Source: Marsupella aquatica (Eukaryota; Plantae; Marchantiophyta). From it: a stretch of 64,000 nucleotides of DNA. The notes beneath the pieces were generated by a model. It was given only the letters and a program-made list of their open reading frames with translations, was not told the origin of the DNA and made no database searches. Positions 51,860-62,713 of the stretch are shown piece by piece. Position numbers and translations under genes: made by a program. Every line of letters begins with the position of its first letter. Within the stretch, counting starts at the first letter, position 1. The stretch spans positions 25,071,233-25,135,232 of the forward strand of contig OZ316892.1 in the NCBI GenBank assembly GCA_973895155.1, read 5' to 3'.

Positions 51860-53259
51860 CCGTGCATCCCATACATTGGATAGAATCCACAGTCTATGAC
51901 AAACAAGAGAGAGATCACAATCAGTCATGCTTTGTTGATATTCTAGTTTTATTTACAGTGTCCATGCAGATGTAACAGGCTGATAGGTACTGTTGTGAAG
52001 AATATGATTAAGCATATAAAATAGAAAAACATTCCAAATCTTACTTAAGAAAAGGAGGTAATTGTGTTATTAGTGTTCTCATTACAATCTATGTAGTTAC
52101 TTGATTTCCATCTGGGAATTGACCTTATCTTATGAAAAAGAGAAAATTGCAAGTTGTACTGAAATTACTTGGGGCTAAAGTAAAGAATTACATAAGGAGT
52201 CTTAATACAGTTGTTACCTACAGGACTTCATTTGGACATACCCAACACATTTTTTTAAGACAATTGACAAAACTGAATGTTCGTCACATCTAACTAGGTT
52301 TAGCAGTGTTGATTTCAGGCACTTGAAAGCACATCAATCAAGCTACAAGATCTCATAAACAACCAAAACAAAACCCTAGATGACTTGAACAACTCCGAGC
52401 CTCAGTTGGCAAATGTCAAGAAAGACATTGCAAGAATAACTTTGAAGAAGGTTATTACTAGTCAAATCATTGTCTTTTACACCTCCATGCAAGCTAGAAA
52501 GTTTGCCAATGTGATGGGTTTTGTTAATGTGAATACGTCCAAGCATGACATTCATTAGCACAGAACTAAACCATTATGTCAGAATGTCATTTAGACCCTG
52601 GAAACATGCCTGTAGTCCAATGGTATGCAGATTAATTGATAGGCTCCAATTAAGGTGTAATAAGGAGCTAAATAATGGATGCCTAATGATGTAGTTTGCA
52701 TTGTTCAGCTAGAGAACTTCAGGTGAAGCTCAATGTTTGCAATTCTAGTTGGTCTAATTGAATATGGAATATCACTGTGACAGGAACGGCTTGACGAACT
52801 GTATCATATCTTTATACAAGAAAGAGATGCACAATTGGGAGAATCTCAACCTAATGTGTTAGATTATATGCAACTAAAAGATCAAGTCCATTGCCTACAA
52901 AGAGAATACAAGAACTGGACCAATAAAGTATGCTCTTTCTACTGTCAAATCGGGTGTCAAATAAGCTATCCAATGATACATGAGTGAAATATTATGACGC
53001 AAGAAAAACTCATAAATCCTAAAACCCTTACAATACGGGCACTTGACCTCAATAGTGGGCTGTTTCTATGGTCGATCATAGATTTTATTTATAATTCAAT
53101 CCACCCATAATGCACCCATTTATTTCTTTAACTCATTGCTTTTGTGAGAAACAGGTAGAGGTTGCAGAATTATGTTCGCAACAAGCAAGTAATCTTCAAT
53201 CAGAGAAAGATACATCATGTGTAATTGACACCCACTTGGCTCCTAGTAAAACTTCCTAG
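49887..53259 (+). CDS. CFAP263: Cilia- and flagella-associated protein CFAP263/CCDC113 (DUF4201 coiled coil), 6 exons, ~460 aa
   Basis: Exons 49887-50213, 50441-50868, 51508-51754, 52319-52450, 52784-52927 and 53155-53259 join in frame, with intron 3 GC-AG. Motifs LNAEEKNDIA...ERLLDELRAAYDESDLRIGEVRRDRADFQRDV, DVLHAVDFEQLHI, PNVLDYMQLK...WTNKVEVAE match the recalled CCDC113 pattern. Confidence 0.82.
51821..51857. repeat. (CA)18 microsatellite in CFAP263 intron 3
   Basis: Uninterrupted CA run. Confidence 0.97.
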
Positions 53260-54540
53260 AGAGACCTCTTTTGATGAATTTTGTACACTTGGGCGTCTTT
53301 GCCTATTGACCTACTAGTGGCATGAAGAATCACTTAAAACAACTTTGTAAGACATGACAATTAATTATTTTGTTGACCTCAACATGAGTTAACCACCTTC
53401 AAAATTGATACCTATGACGACATCACACACAAGCCCAGAATGTTTTCCTGATTAACTACGCATAGTTAAGAAATTCTGAATGGTCATTCTAGCAATGCTG
53501 CTTTGAACTACCATCCAGATGGAATATTTTTCAATATGCAGATGTAATGTGAGGTACTTGAAATTCACAATGGACTTGAGGCCCATTTAATTTTACATTG
53601 TTCTGTAAGAGTCACAGCCTCCACACCCGTTTTTGGTCATAGGCTAGCATTTACGGTATTTCAGACCCGTGTGTGAGGCACAATCTATTGGTCTTAGTAG
53701 GGACATCTGGACCTCTCTTGTACTGGTGGCAGCCTCCAGGCTTGGAAATTGACAGTAAGGGTGCCAAGTCTTCCTCTATAATGGAAAAAGAGCCTCAATT
53801 CCTCGTGGTCAAGGATCCAATAATCCGCCCTTTCATAAAATGCTGCAAATTTTCCAGTCCATGTTTCAGTTTTGTGCGTGAGTTGAGATTCTATTTTGAA
53901 GGCCAGCTCTATCCACCTGCCTTGAATTTTTGGGGGCTCTAAATAGTCCCATTCTTTGACCGTTTCCTACAAGCCTCATTTGTGTAGAGGCCTGATCCCT
54001 TAGTGTTTGTCATCTTAGTTTTGTAAATAATTTGTTCTTGGATGTCATCATAGTTTTTAAAATAATTAGTTCTTGGACCCTCTACTGATGTATGCTTACC
54101 TACTTGTAAGGAAGCTAATACATGTTAGGTTTTGGTTAGTTTTAAATTTAAGTTTTGCCTACAATACAAAGCCAAAGTTCACATCTAATTGTTCAAAACA
54201 ATTTTTTGGTTGGGCAGGGTGGGAGTCTTAATAATTATTATCTTTGCCACTATGGTAGTAACTAATTATTGTTGGTTTAAAGTGCAGGTTGTCACTGTTA
54301 GATATCAACATCTGATGTCATCCATTGATCTAAAATATCTTACGACACACATTTTTTTCGTGTGCCTAGTGTGCACCATGATTCACTGTTCTCTATGTTA
54401 GCCAATGATCAATAAAATGAGTCAACAAATGAGATCTAACAATTAAAATAAATCACCATTGTTATTTAAGTAAAATGATCAATGTATACCTCTCCTTTTT
54501 GCAAACATGCACCAGTTATTGGATCGACAGCTAGGGAGCC

Positions 54541-54989
54541 TGTCGAAACTGAACCGCACTTGAACTCATGAGGGATGCAGGCATCATGGGCCTGTAGCTC
54601 AGTGGTAGAGCAGTACAATGTACACGGGAGGTCCTAAGTTCAATTCCTAGCTGGTCCATGCTGTTGACAATTCAAACATGGTTTCAGAGCCAAAGATCAT
54701 GAGTTTCCCTTGTAACGAGTGTGACTCCAAGGAGGGTTGTGGAAATGAACCTAAGGAGTGTGACTCAAGGGAGGGTGTTGGAAATGAACCGCACTCGAAC
54801 TGATGAGGGATGTAGACATCATGGGCTTGTAGCTCAATGTTAGAGCACTACTATATAGATGGGAGGTCCTAGGTTCAATCCCTAGCCGAGACATCATGGG
54901 CTTGTAGCTCAATGTTAGAGCACTACTATATAGATGGGAGGTCCTAGGTTCAATCCCTAGCCGGTCCACGGCTGGAGATAATTCCAACA
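54541..54989 (+). mobile_element. Complete TRIM (miniature non-autonomous LTR retrotransposon) with tRNA-derived LTRs, Helenus-like
   Basis: 5-bp TSD GAGCC at 54536-54540 and 54990-54994. LTR1 54541-54678 (TGT...ACA). PBS TGGTTTCAGAGCCA 54679-54692, 1 mismatch to the initiator-Met PBS TGGTATCAGAGCCA. PPT AAGGGAGGG ends at 54775. LTR2 54776-54989 (TGTTGG...CCAACA). Each LTR contains a tRNA-like A-box/B-box segment. Confidence 0.9.
54588..54658 (+). pseudogene. tRNA-like sequence inside LTR1 (further copies at ~54823-54888 and ~54898-54968 in LTR2); not a functional tRNA
   Basis: GGGCCTG-TAGCTCAGTGGTAGAGC (A box/D arm)...GTTCAATTCC (B box/T arm)...CTGGTCCA. The anticodon arm is unpaired and degenerate. 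Confidence 0.8.
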
Positions 54990-57856
54990 GAGCCCATGAC
55001 AATAAGATCCACTTCCAAGTGTGCATCCAGCTTCAGGCTCCCCAGATTTGGATGCACCAGCAGATATGCCGGCCACCAACAGGTATGCTTGCAGCTGCTC
55101 CTAATGTGGAGAAGAAAGTTGTTTGAAGCCTAGGCTGAGGTGTCAACAATGTTTTGCCACCTGCAGACAACCATTCGTCAAATGTTGCAGCTGCTTCGAA
55201 TGCTGGCAGCCCTGAGTCGGTTGATCAAGCCCAACTGGACACACCATAATCAGATTTCTTCGGTTTTTGTCATTACCAGTGGATGCAATGTTTGACACTC
55301 GTTTCTGAGGATTTTTCCCTGTGACAGACATGCCGCATTTGACCTTTGCCTCACCTGTAGCTCCAGAAGTATTTCAATTCGATTCAATTCTTAAGACGAG
55401 CTCCCCAAATGCTCATTACAGCGCTCCGTTGCAGGTAAAGAATCCACATTCACTCCTCGTGCCACGAACACGTGGAAATATGCCAAGGAGTAAGTGGAAG
55501 CACTCAACAAGAGAATGGGTCACAATGCCTCACGCTCTTGGGAGGGAACCTCTAAAAATACTTCTACTGTGGCTACTGTGTTCACGGAGGTGCTGCTGCT
55601 GCCCTCTTCTGTCCCAGCTGCGTGCTGTCGCATCGTCCTTAGGATTACCACTCCCGTTCCTCGAAACCAAGAGCGTGGCACTCCTTGCCGTCCTCCCAAT
55701 TGCAACCTACCAGTCCCATATCCACGAGCCACCGCGGAGATTTGAGCAAGGTATCCTTCGTGCACTACATCATTGAAGTTTCAGTGTAGCCACAACCTAT
55801 GCTGTTCTCCTAATTGGGCTACAACCTATGCTGTTCTCCTAATTGCCATTCTGAGGCGGGTGTATAGGCCGGCATTGAGCTTGCATTAGAGAATATGTAC
55901 ATACCTCCCCATCTGCTTTGTGAGATCGTGATGAGTCCTGCATGACTAAACCTCTTGTGTCACACCATTCCTTCCTCTCGCCCGAAAGCGATCTTCCTCT
56001 TGCCTGTGCCCTCTTCCCTTTCCTGCCTTTCCGATGATTCTGTCAATATGGAATTTCCTGAATGACTTTCAAAATACATTGACTTGCGTGAGTAAATCTC
56101 AGATCCCTGGTAGCTGTGATGATAACTGCTCAAATTTGTCTTTTAGAGCTCTAAGGCAGACGGGAACTGTGTGTGGAAAGGCGAGTTTTGTCCGTTCCCT
56201 GCTCAATTCAATGTTTGATCGATATGACTGTTTTCGACTTGCAACAGCCATGACAAGCAGGTTTTAACCAACGGAGAAAATGGCTTGCATTAGCGTACAG
56301 TAATAATCTTAGTGCCGTTTTCTCACCCTTTCCCTTACCTAAAGTTAAGTCGCTTCCAGATAACACATCAAAATCTACTTGATTTGAAAGCGGGGCCGGG
56401 CTTCAGTTATTTACAAGTAGTTTAGGCTGTTCTAACTAGGAGATTGCTGCCACTTTGGTTGTTCTGACACACCCCTATATCAAAGTGGCAGAATGATCCA
56501 TATTTTAATCAGATGAGCAGAACAAAAGACTGTGGTGCGTTGGTGGATTGAGATTTGAATTTACACCTAGAATTAAGATGAATTGTGTTGGAGGGAAAGC
56601 ATTCATCAAGACTTTTGATTCATTTCGGATTTTGAAGGCACTAAAAAAAAGTCTCAGACTCTACAACATGAACAAGCCCCCTCCGTCTCACTGGCAGCTG
56701 GTAACTCCCTGGGACTCCACTCTTAAACAGGCACATCAAAGTCATTGTAACGAAATCTTGAGCACCCCTGAGAACTAACCCGTTCATCTGAAGAACAGGA
56801 GATCAACGAGTAGAAGCTTCCGGTAATTGGGAAGAATGAATAAATCCAAGTCCACAACGAGAGCACATCCATGAAGTCCAGAACCCGATTAGAACACAGG
56901 ACAGGAGATGAACATTCCGCCAACAAAGAGAACCAAGGAATCTAAGGGATCCGACCAAGGTATATTTTGAAATCAATGCTGACCTGGTTGAGCGTGAAAT
57001 AACGTCATTTCAGGCACAGCATTCTTACTTGCGAGCAGAGAAAAGCATGATGCTAATCAGCATGTCTAAATGAAAGCTGCCCTTGACCATTCTGAAAATG
57101 TAAGATAGGAACTGATACAAAGAGTAAGAATGTCCTAACTAGTCTCTGTGAGGTTCCATCTCAGTGGTGGCCTGCTTTTAACAAGAGCTTCTGTGACCAC
57201 CTACTCTTTCCCTGCTTAATCACAGCCACCTGCCATCCAGCCGTCCATAACGTTCCATGCTTTACAATGAAAATCCACTCGCCCATTTTGGTGGACAGCA
57301 AACTTATGTTGTGTCAATAATCGCCAGTGTACTGGGTAGGCAGATGAAATCCCATGCAGAGGTATAGCTTGAGGATGACAACGTTGATCCATATGACTCA
57401 ACTCACCTCTATGGAGTACAGGCTTCTCATCCCGTTTGCTCAAGGTGTCGCTATTACCTATCTGACAGCTGCCACCTACAAACAACTGTCCATCTCACTT
57501 CGCTGGTATATCACGAGAGGTCCCAACATATATGTGACAATTCTAAGTCAGATTTAGATAAAAGGATTGTGCTTTTCCATGTGGAACACAATTGGAAATC
57601 ACAATTTTGGCTCCTCAGAACTAGAGAATTGTGTCTATATACCAATCTTATCGACGAGACCATAATGAATGCTTATTGATATCAGGAACAAGGGGACGTG
57701 CCATGAACACCCTCATGTAGTGCAAGGAGCCTAAAACTTCCTCAAGTGGTCGTAGGATCTTGTTCAAATCAGCTGCCACGCATCCTCAAGTCATGAAGCA
57801 CGATGACATAGCCATCGAACCAAAAGGGGGATGATAAAGGCCATCACTACAGATAG

Positions 57857-60800
57857 TCATTGAATGTTACATCCTTGTGGACCATCCCTTAATAGTTCCA
57901 TCTCTTGAACTAATCTCTGCACCCAAGGAAACGACAGAACTAAGAAATTCCCTCGAAAAGGAACAAAAATCTAAAGAACCACGCTGAACAAATAGTTTTG
58001 GATTCAACGGCAAGTTGCTTAATCAAAAATTCAGAACCTGAATCAGTAAGGTAGCGACATCCATGGATCCAATACTCTTATCCTATAGGTCTAAACATAT
58101 CACGATCTTGAGCACGAGTTTGAGGAATTTCAAAGCTAAGACTTCCACCGACTGAATAGCTATGCTGGTTTCTTTCATTATGGAAATGACGACAGTAGCT
58201 ATGCTCAGATTTAGATTAATCAAATAAGAAACGAAACTAGTTTGGTGATTGATATTTCTCAAACCTGTTTAGTGTCTGTCAAGCGTAGAAGGCGCAGCCT
58301 TTCTAAAGATCTCATGGTGAGAAGGTTTGCGAACTGTTTCAAAGCAACCATGTCCAGAGCGAGAAATGTTTACTTGGATACATATCGGAAGGAACAAAAA
58401 AGTCAAGCATTTTGAGATTCATGTACTTCAACAAGCTAACGGAGTCAAATATGAACTTAGACAGCTTTATCACAAACGGCGCAAAGAAAATTAGATAAAT
58501 TGACTGATGGCTACAAAGGACGAGCGAAACAAATTGTTCATGAATTCAGAGGGATCATACCCAAAAGCTAAAAGCCTCAGCATCAGCTGCATCGGGCATG
58601 CCTTCTGCCCTGGTCATCAATTCAGAGAACCTGGCCCGTCGATCTGCCCCAGCGCGGGAACAAAATGAATCAAATCCATGAGTGTATCAAGGTTTCAGAA
58701 TAAAAACAGAATCAGCTTCGTTTTGTTAGAGATTTTCAAAGCACAGGACCTGCTTTGGCCCCTGATTCAATGGAGCAAAAGAAAACACAAAGAAGGCCTT
58801 GGATGCGAGAGTCAGAATCCCAATAAAAGTGAGCACGAAAAAGGATTTTAACTTCGGGTCGAGCCATAACCAAAAACCGTAGCTTACCTGTCCTTGCGAC
58901 AGTTCGTGCCTGAGAAATCCAAGACTCAGCAAGCTGGGAAGCTTCGTTTACAAGAGCCATTGTCTATATCCAAAATCGATAGAGATCACAAAACAGACTT
59001 TAGAATACAATCCTCATGTATCTTAAATTTGATCTTCTTCCAAACAAATACCCAAACGTATCAATTAAGATGCAAAAAAGATTGCTGTGCGTAAGCACAC
59101 CTGCTCATACTCGGGTGAACCTCCTGGAGGAGCAACATCTTCAAGCCACTGTACTTGTGCAACGCGATACCTAAGATCCAAACAGTCATGTCGATTAGGC
59201 CATGCGTTCCTGTTAGGACTTCACAATCTCTTCCTGAAACTTATTTGGCAGGCATGGAGGCTGCCATAGAACGATGATGGAGGTTATTCCGATAAAGCGG
59301 AAGCACAGCGACTGCATCCCAGCTACAGCACAGCCTGAATTACGGCATTGGTGAGACACAAACGTGCTAATACTGGTTTACATCATATTTGAGGGGATGG
59401 TCGAGAGAGGAACTACGAAAATTCAACTGAAGTTCTTGGAGGAGTACCAAAAAGTTTGGAGTCACACACAAGAAGCGAAAAAAGTTCAGCTATACATACG
59501 CTTCAATGGTCCCTGACAAAGTTACTTCACTGAGATAACTAAACAACTAATGATTGTAAATTATTCTTGAAAAAAACCTTTAAAAGTCACAACATTCAAC
59601 GTTACGGACAATTCGCGTATTAATGAATCAGGCTGTCAAAAGAAGGAAGACTGTACCCATCTTGCTCCCATGCTCTCGTTATCTTAAAACGACGACGACC
59701 CTCCACCTGAGCAGGAAAATTGAGACCAGAAGACCGAAAAATAAACTCCAAGATTTGTACGGATGTTGGCGAAAGTCATGGCTTTGTACCACGAGTGATG
59801 GGGATTGCATAATTAAGACAACGATTCATCAGCACGTAACTAAAATAGATGAAATTCATTTCTATTTACGCACCCAGTCAGCTTACTGGAATCAACTACG
59901 CACAAAAGAGAGAAATAATACAGATCAAACTACAGAACAAAATGAGAGTGATAAAGCGATAAAACTGTAAAGAATCTTTTCAAGGACTCTGAAAGAAATC
60001 CAAACGTTGACTACAAACTGCAAAACCATGCGTGTGATCCTGGATAATTCTAAAGGCGTGATGTTCCCCGGGTAGCTAGAAAAGGTATGTATTCAGAACA
60101 CAATAATCATACTGCAATTCTTATCACACTAACCTCCAAGTAAAAGCGCCCATCTGCGAGAGGCTGACACCTGCGATCACACCTCATAAGTATAATTGTC
60201 AGTAAAGACTCGCAAAGCCCACCATGTCTTCAAGCACAAACTAAAGCATTTGATGGAGAGGCACTGATATTTGACTTACTCGCAAACTTCCACTTCACAA
60301 CCAACATCTGCCAGGATCCCAGTTTGGGGATCGATTCCCACCTGGAAACCAATCATTTAAAACAGGTTAAGTTCTGTATTTAGTAGAGTTTCAGAACTAT
60401 GGACTTATTGATGAATCATATTCAATAGTGAATCAATACATACCATGCCCATGTGACGGTTTCCTTCCATGATCCGTCGTACCTTACAAAACCAGGAGCC
60501 AATACTGTGAGACAAGAATGGAGGACAGTTGATGGAGAAAGGACAGTTGTTACTTTCCAAAACGTTTAATCCATTAGTTAGAATATCTACATGTGATTCA
60601 GAGTGGAGATAGAACTAAGGAGCGCTTATATCTAGGAGTGTATCCATAGGTTTAAGCCTACTGTAGAAGGTGCAATTTATTTCTTTTCAAAATTAGTGTC
60701 AACTCATGGAGACGTTTTGAGTCACACACTTGAGAAAAGGTTAGGTGAGAAGAAAAACCACATACCATCAACCTGTAGCGCGGTTCAAAAATGTTTAGCT

Positions 60801-62713
60801 GCATTTTTTCGTAGGGTAGGAAGACATTCATGACAAATAAGGGCAAGATTTCGTTTCCCCCCAGTGTCACTTCATCCATCTCAGCTTTCCTTTCCTTATA
60901 TTCCTCTGGAAAGTTGCGCTGTATCAAGTTGTTCAGTGTCACACTGGAAAAAGAAAAGGTACTGAAGGTTCAATCATTAATGTGCATTAGACAATTCACT
61001 TTGAGCACCCAGTGACAAGTTACCACAAGCATAGTTGCCTTATTGAGATGTTAAGAGGGAGAAATTACGGAGTTCAACCAAATGCAATACCTCACTGGGT
61101 ACGATTTTGGGCTGACAAAAAGTACGGTCCTGCACATTGGGCACTTATTTCCTGCACAGAAAAAATGCATTCCTTGTTCTTGAGAAGATCTGCTCAGTCG
61201 ATCAACATGTTGGTCGAAGAGACAAGGCACTAGGTTGTATATCGACACAAATCCACAAATCTCGTTCAATCACGCTCTTCACTTGGGGGGACCACTTGGG
61301 GGGACAGCAACAGTCACGAGAGAGCTATGTGAAAAACTTAAAAGACCTTTTCTAGCTACAGAACACTCACCATGATCCATGGCTTGAAGCAAGCAGGCCC
61401 GGCAGAAGGAGTGGCCACATGGGGTGGTGATAGGAAGGTAGAGGAGCTTAAGGCAAAGAGTGCAATCCAGATCCTCTGATCTCAGTATTGCTGCTCGGTT
61501 GGCCCTCTTTGCCTGCTCAATTTCTTCCAACTGCTCTCCGAATTCAACACTCAAGTCTCTCAGGGCAGATTGGAGAGCTTTGCTGCATTTTGCAGTGAAG
61601 TGCAAGATTAAGAAATGTCTCAGACATCACTGAACTCGGCATGATACCCTCAAAGGTGGGAAATATGATAATGTTGAGACAATCAGGACTCAAAACCGAG
61701 ATACATCAAGCAATTAGCAGTGAGTATACGCAGTTTTTCAGTAAGCTCAGGTTATAACCAAATCCTGTCATACCTCGCTGGGTCCAGCTGCAGACCGTCG
61801 AAAAAGGTGCTCTTAGCCAGCTCATACTGCTCCAGCTGCACAAGACAGTTTCTCTCTTTGTTACTGCTGGTATCAACTTACTACTTTTGATGGGGGAAAA
61901 TACGGAGAGCTTTTGAATTGACGATACATCGGGTATAAGAGCTACTTGCAAGACAATGAACTACTCCATATTTTTAGTCAGAGCAGAATAAGTAACTGGC
62001 TGATGGCAGATGAGCTTCACTTGCCAGAACGAAAGCTGTGCCTTTGCGCAAAAAGGCTTTGGGCCAATCAGGTCGCAGCTTCAGTAGTTTCTCAGCATCC
62101 TTCAAAGCCACCTGTGAAACGAATCCCAAGCCGGACTTCGTATGTCACAAAAATATCCAAAGACAGGCCACAACCAAACCCTAAACGCAAAGTCCTCTAT
62201 ATTTACCTGGACCAGTGACATTGGATCAAGACCAAACAGAGCATTCACTTCTGATGTGGTTGCTGGAATCGTCCTCAGTCGCCGACTTAGTCTGTCCAGT
62301 AAGTATCATTCCAATGCGATAGTTAAAAGCTGAACATATTTTCAATGATACAATGAAGGACAAAAATCGGATACCTGTAAACATGAGTTTCAGATATAAT
62401 GAAGGTGGATACTTATGGTGAACAGACTTAGCGTGCATCGTACGAAGAAGCTATTTAAAACTCAACAGTGAAGCCAAAGCAAGACGAAGTTCTAAAAAAC
62501 AAGCTGACCATTTCATAAACTCCTATTTCTGTCAGCTGGGATGTGAATAGTACAACGTTAGTACAGGAAAAAAGATAAAGGACAAAAGAGGCACTGCGCA
62601 GGTGATAATAGACAGCATCATGACAACCTGCAAAACGAAGCACATCTATTGCTCAGGAGGATGGCACAATCGGCGGGCTGAGCTTGTAGAGCCTCTGAAT
62701 ATGCCTTGATCGC
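57857..62713 (-). CDS. TPR + C3HC4 RING + LON-N (substrate-binding) domain E3 ligase, LONRF/At1g18660-like; 5' part not found in the window
   Basis: Exons include 62713-62628 (AIKAYSEAL...LLSNRCASFC), 62291-62207, 62111-62025 (ALKDAEKLLKLRPDWPKA), 61835-61774, 61582-61371 (CTLCLKLLYLPITTPCGHSFCRACL), 61151-61091 (NKCPMCR) and 60943-60766 (LPLFVM...LNIFEPRYRLM). Small exons follow: VRRIMEGN, VGCEVE, DGRFYLE, VEGRRRF, YRVAQVQWLED, FSFW, FANLL..ERLRLL. The last exon is 57916-57857 (RLVQEMELLRDGPQGCNIQ*). Confidence 0.92.

Noticed and set aside
54588-54968. Three apparent tRNA genes or a tRNA-derived SINE
   Set aside because: The anticodon arms are degenerate and there is no SINE body or A-tail. 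The sequences sit inside TG...CA LTRs with PBS, PPT and TSD, so they are part of a TRIM.
55000-56300. Plus-strand 151-aa ORF and minus-strand fragments next to the TRIM
   Set aside because: No recognisable domain and multiple stops. Possibly decayed transposon sequence, but not supportable by eye.
62650-62669. miR390-like complementary site in a LONRF exon (ttgctcaggaggatggcaca)
   Set aside because: It needs a bulge and several mismatches, including positions 1-2, which is too poor for a plant target site.
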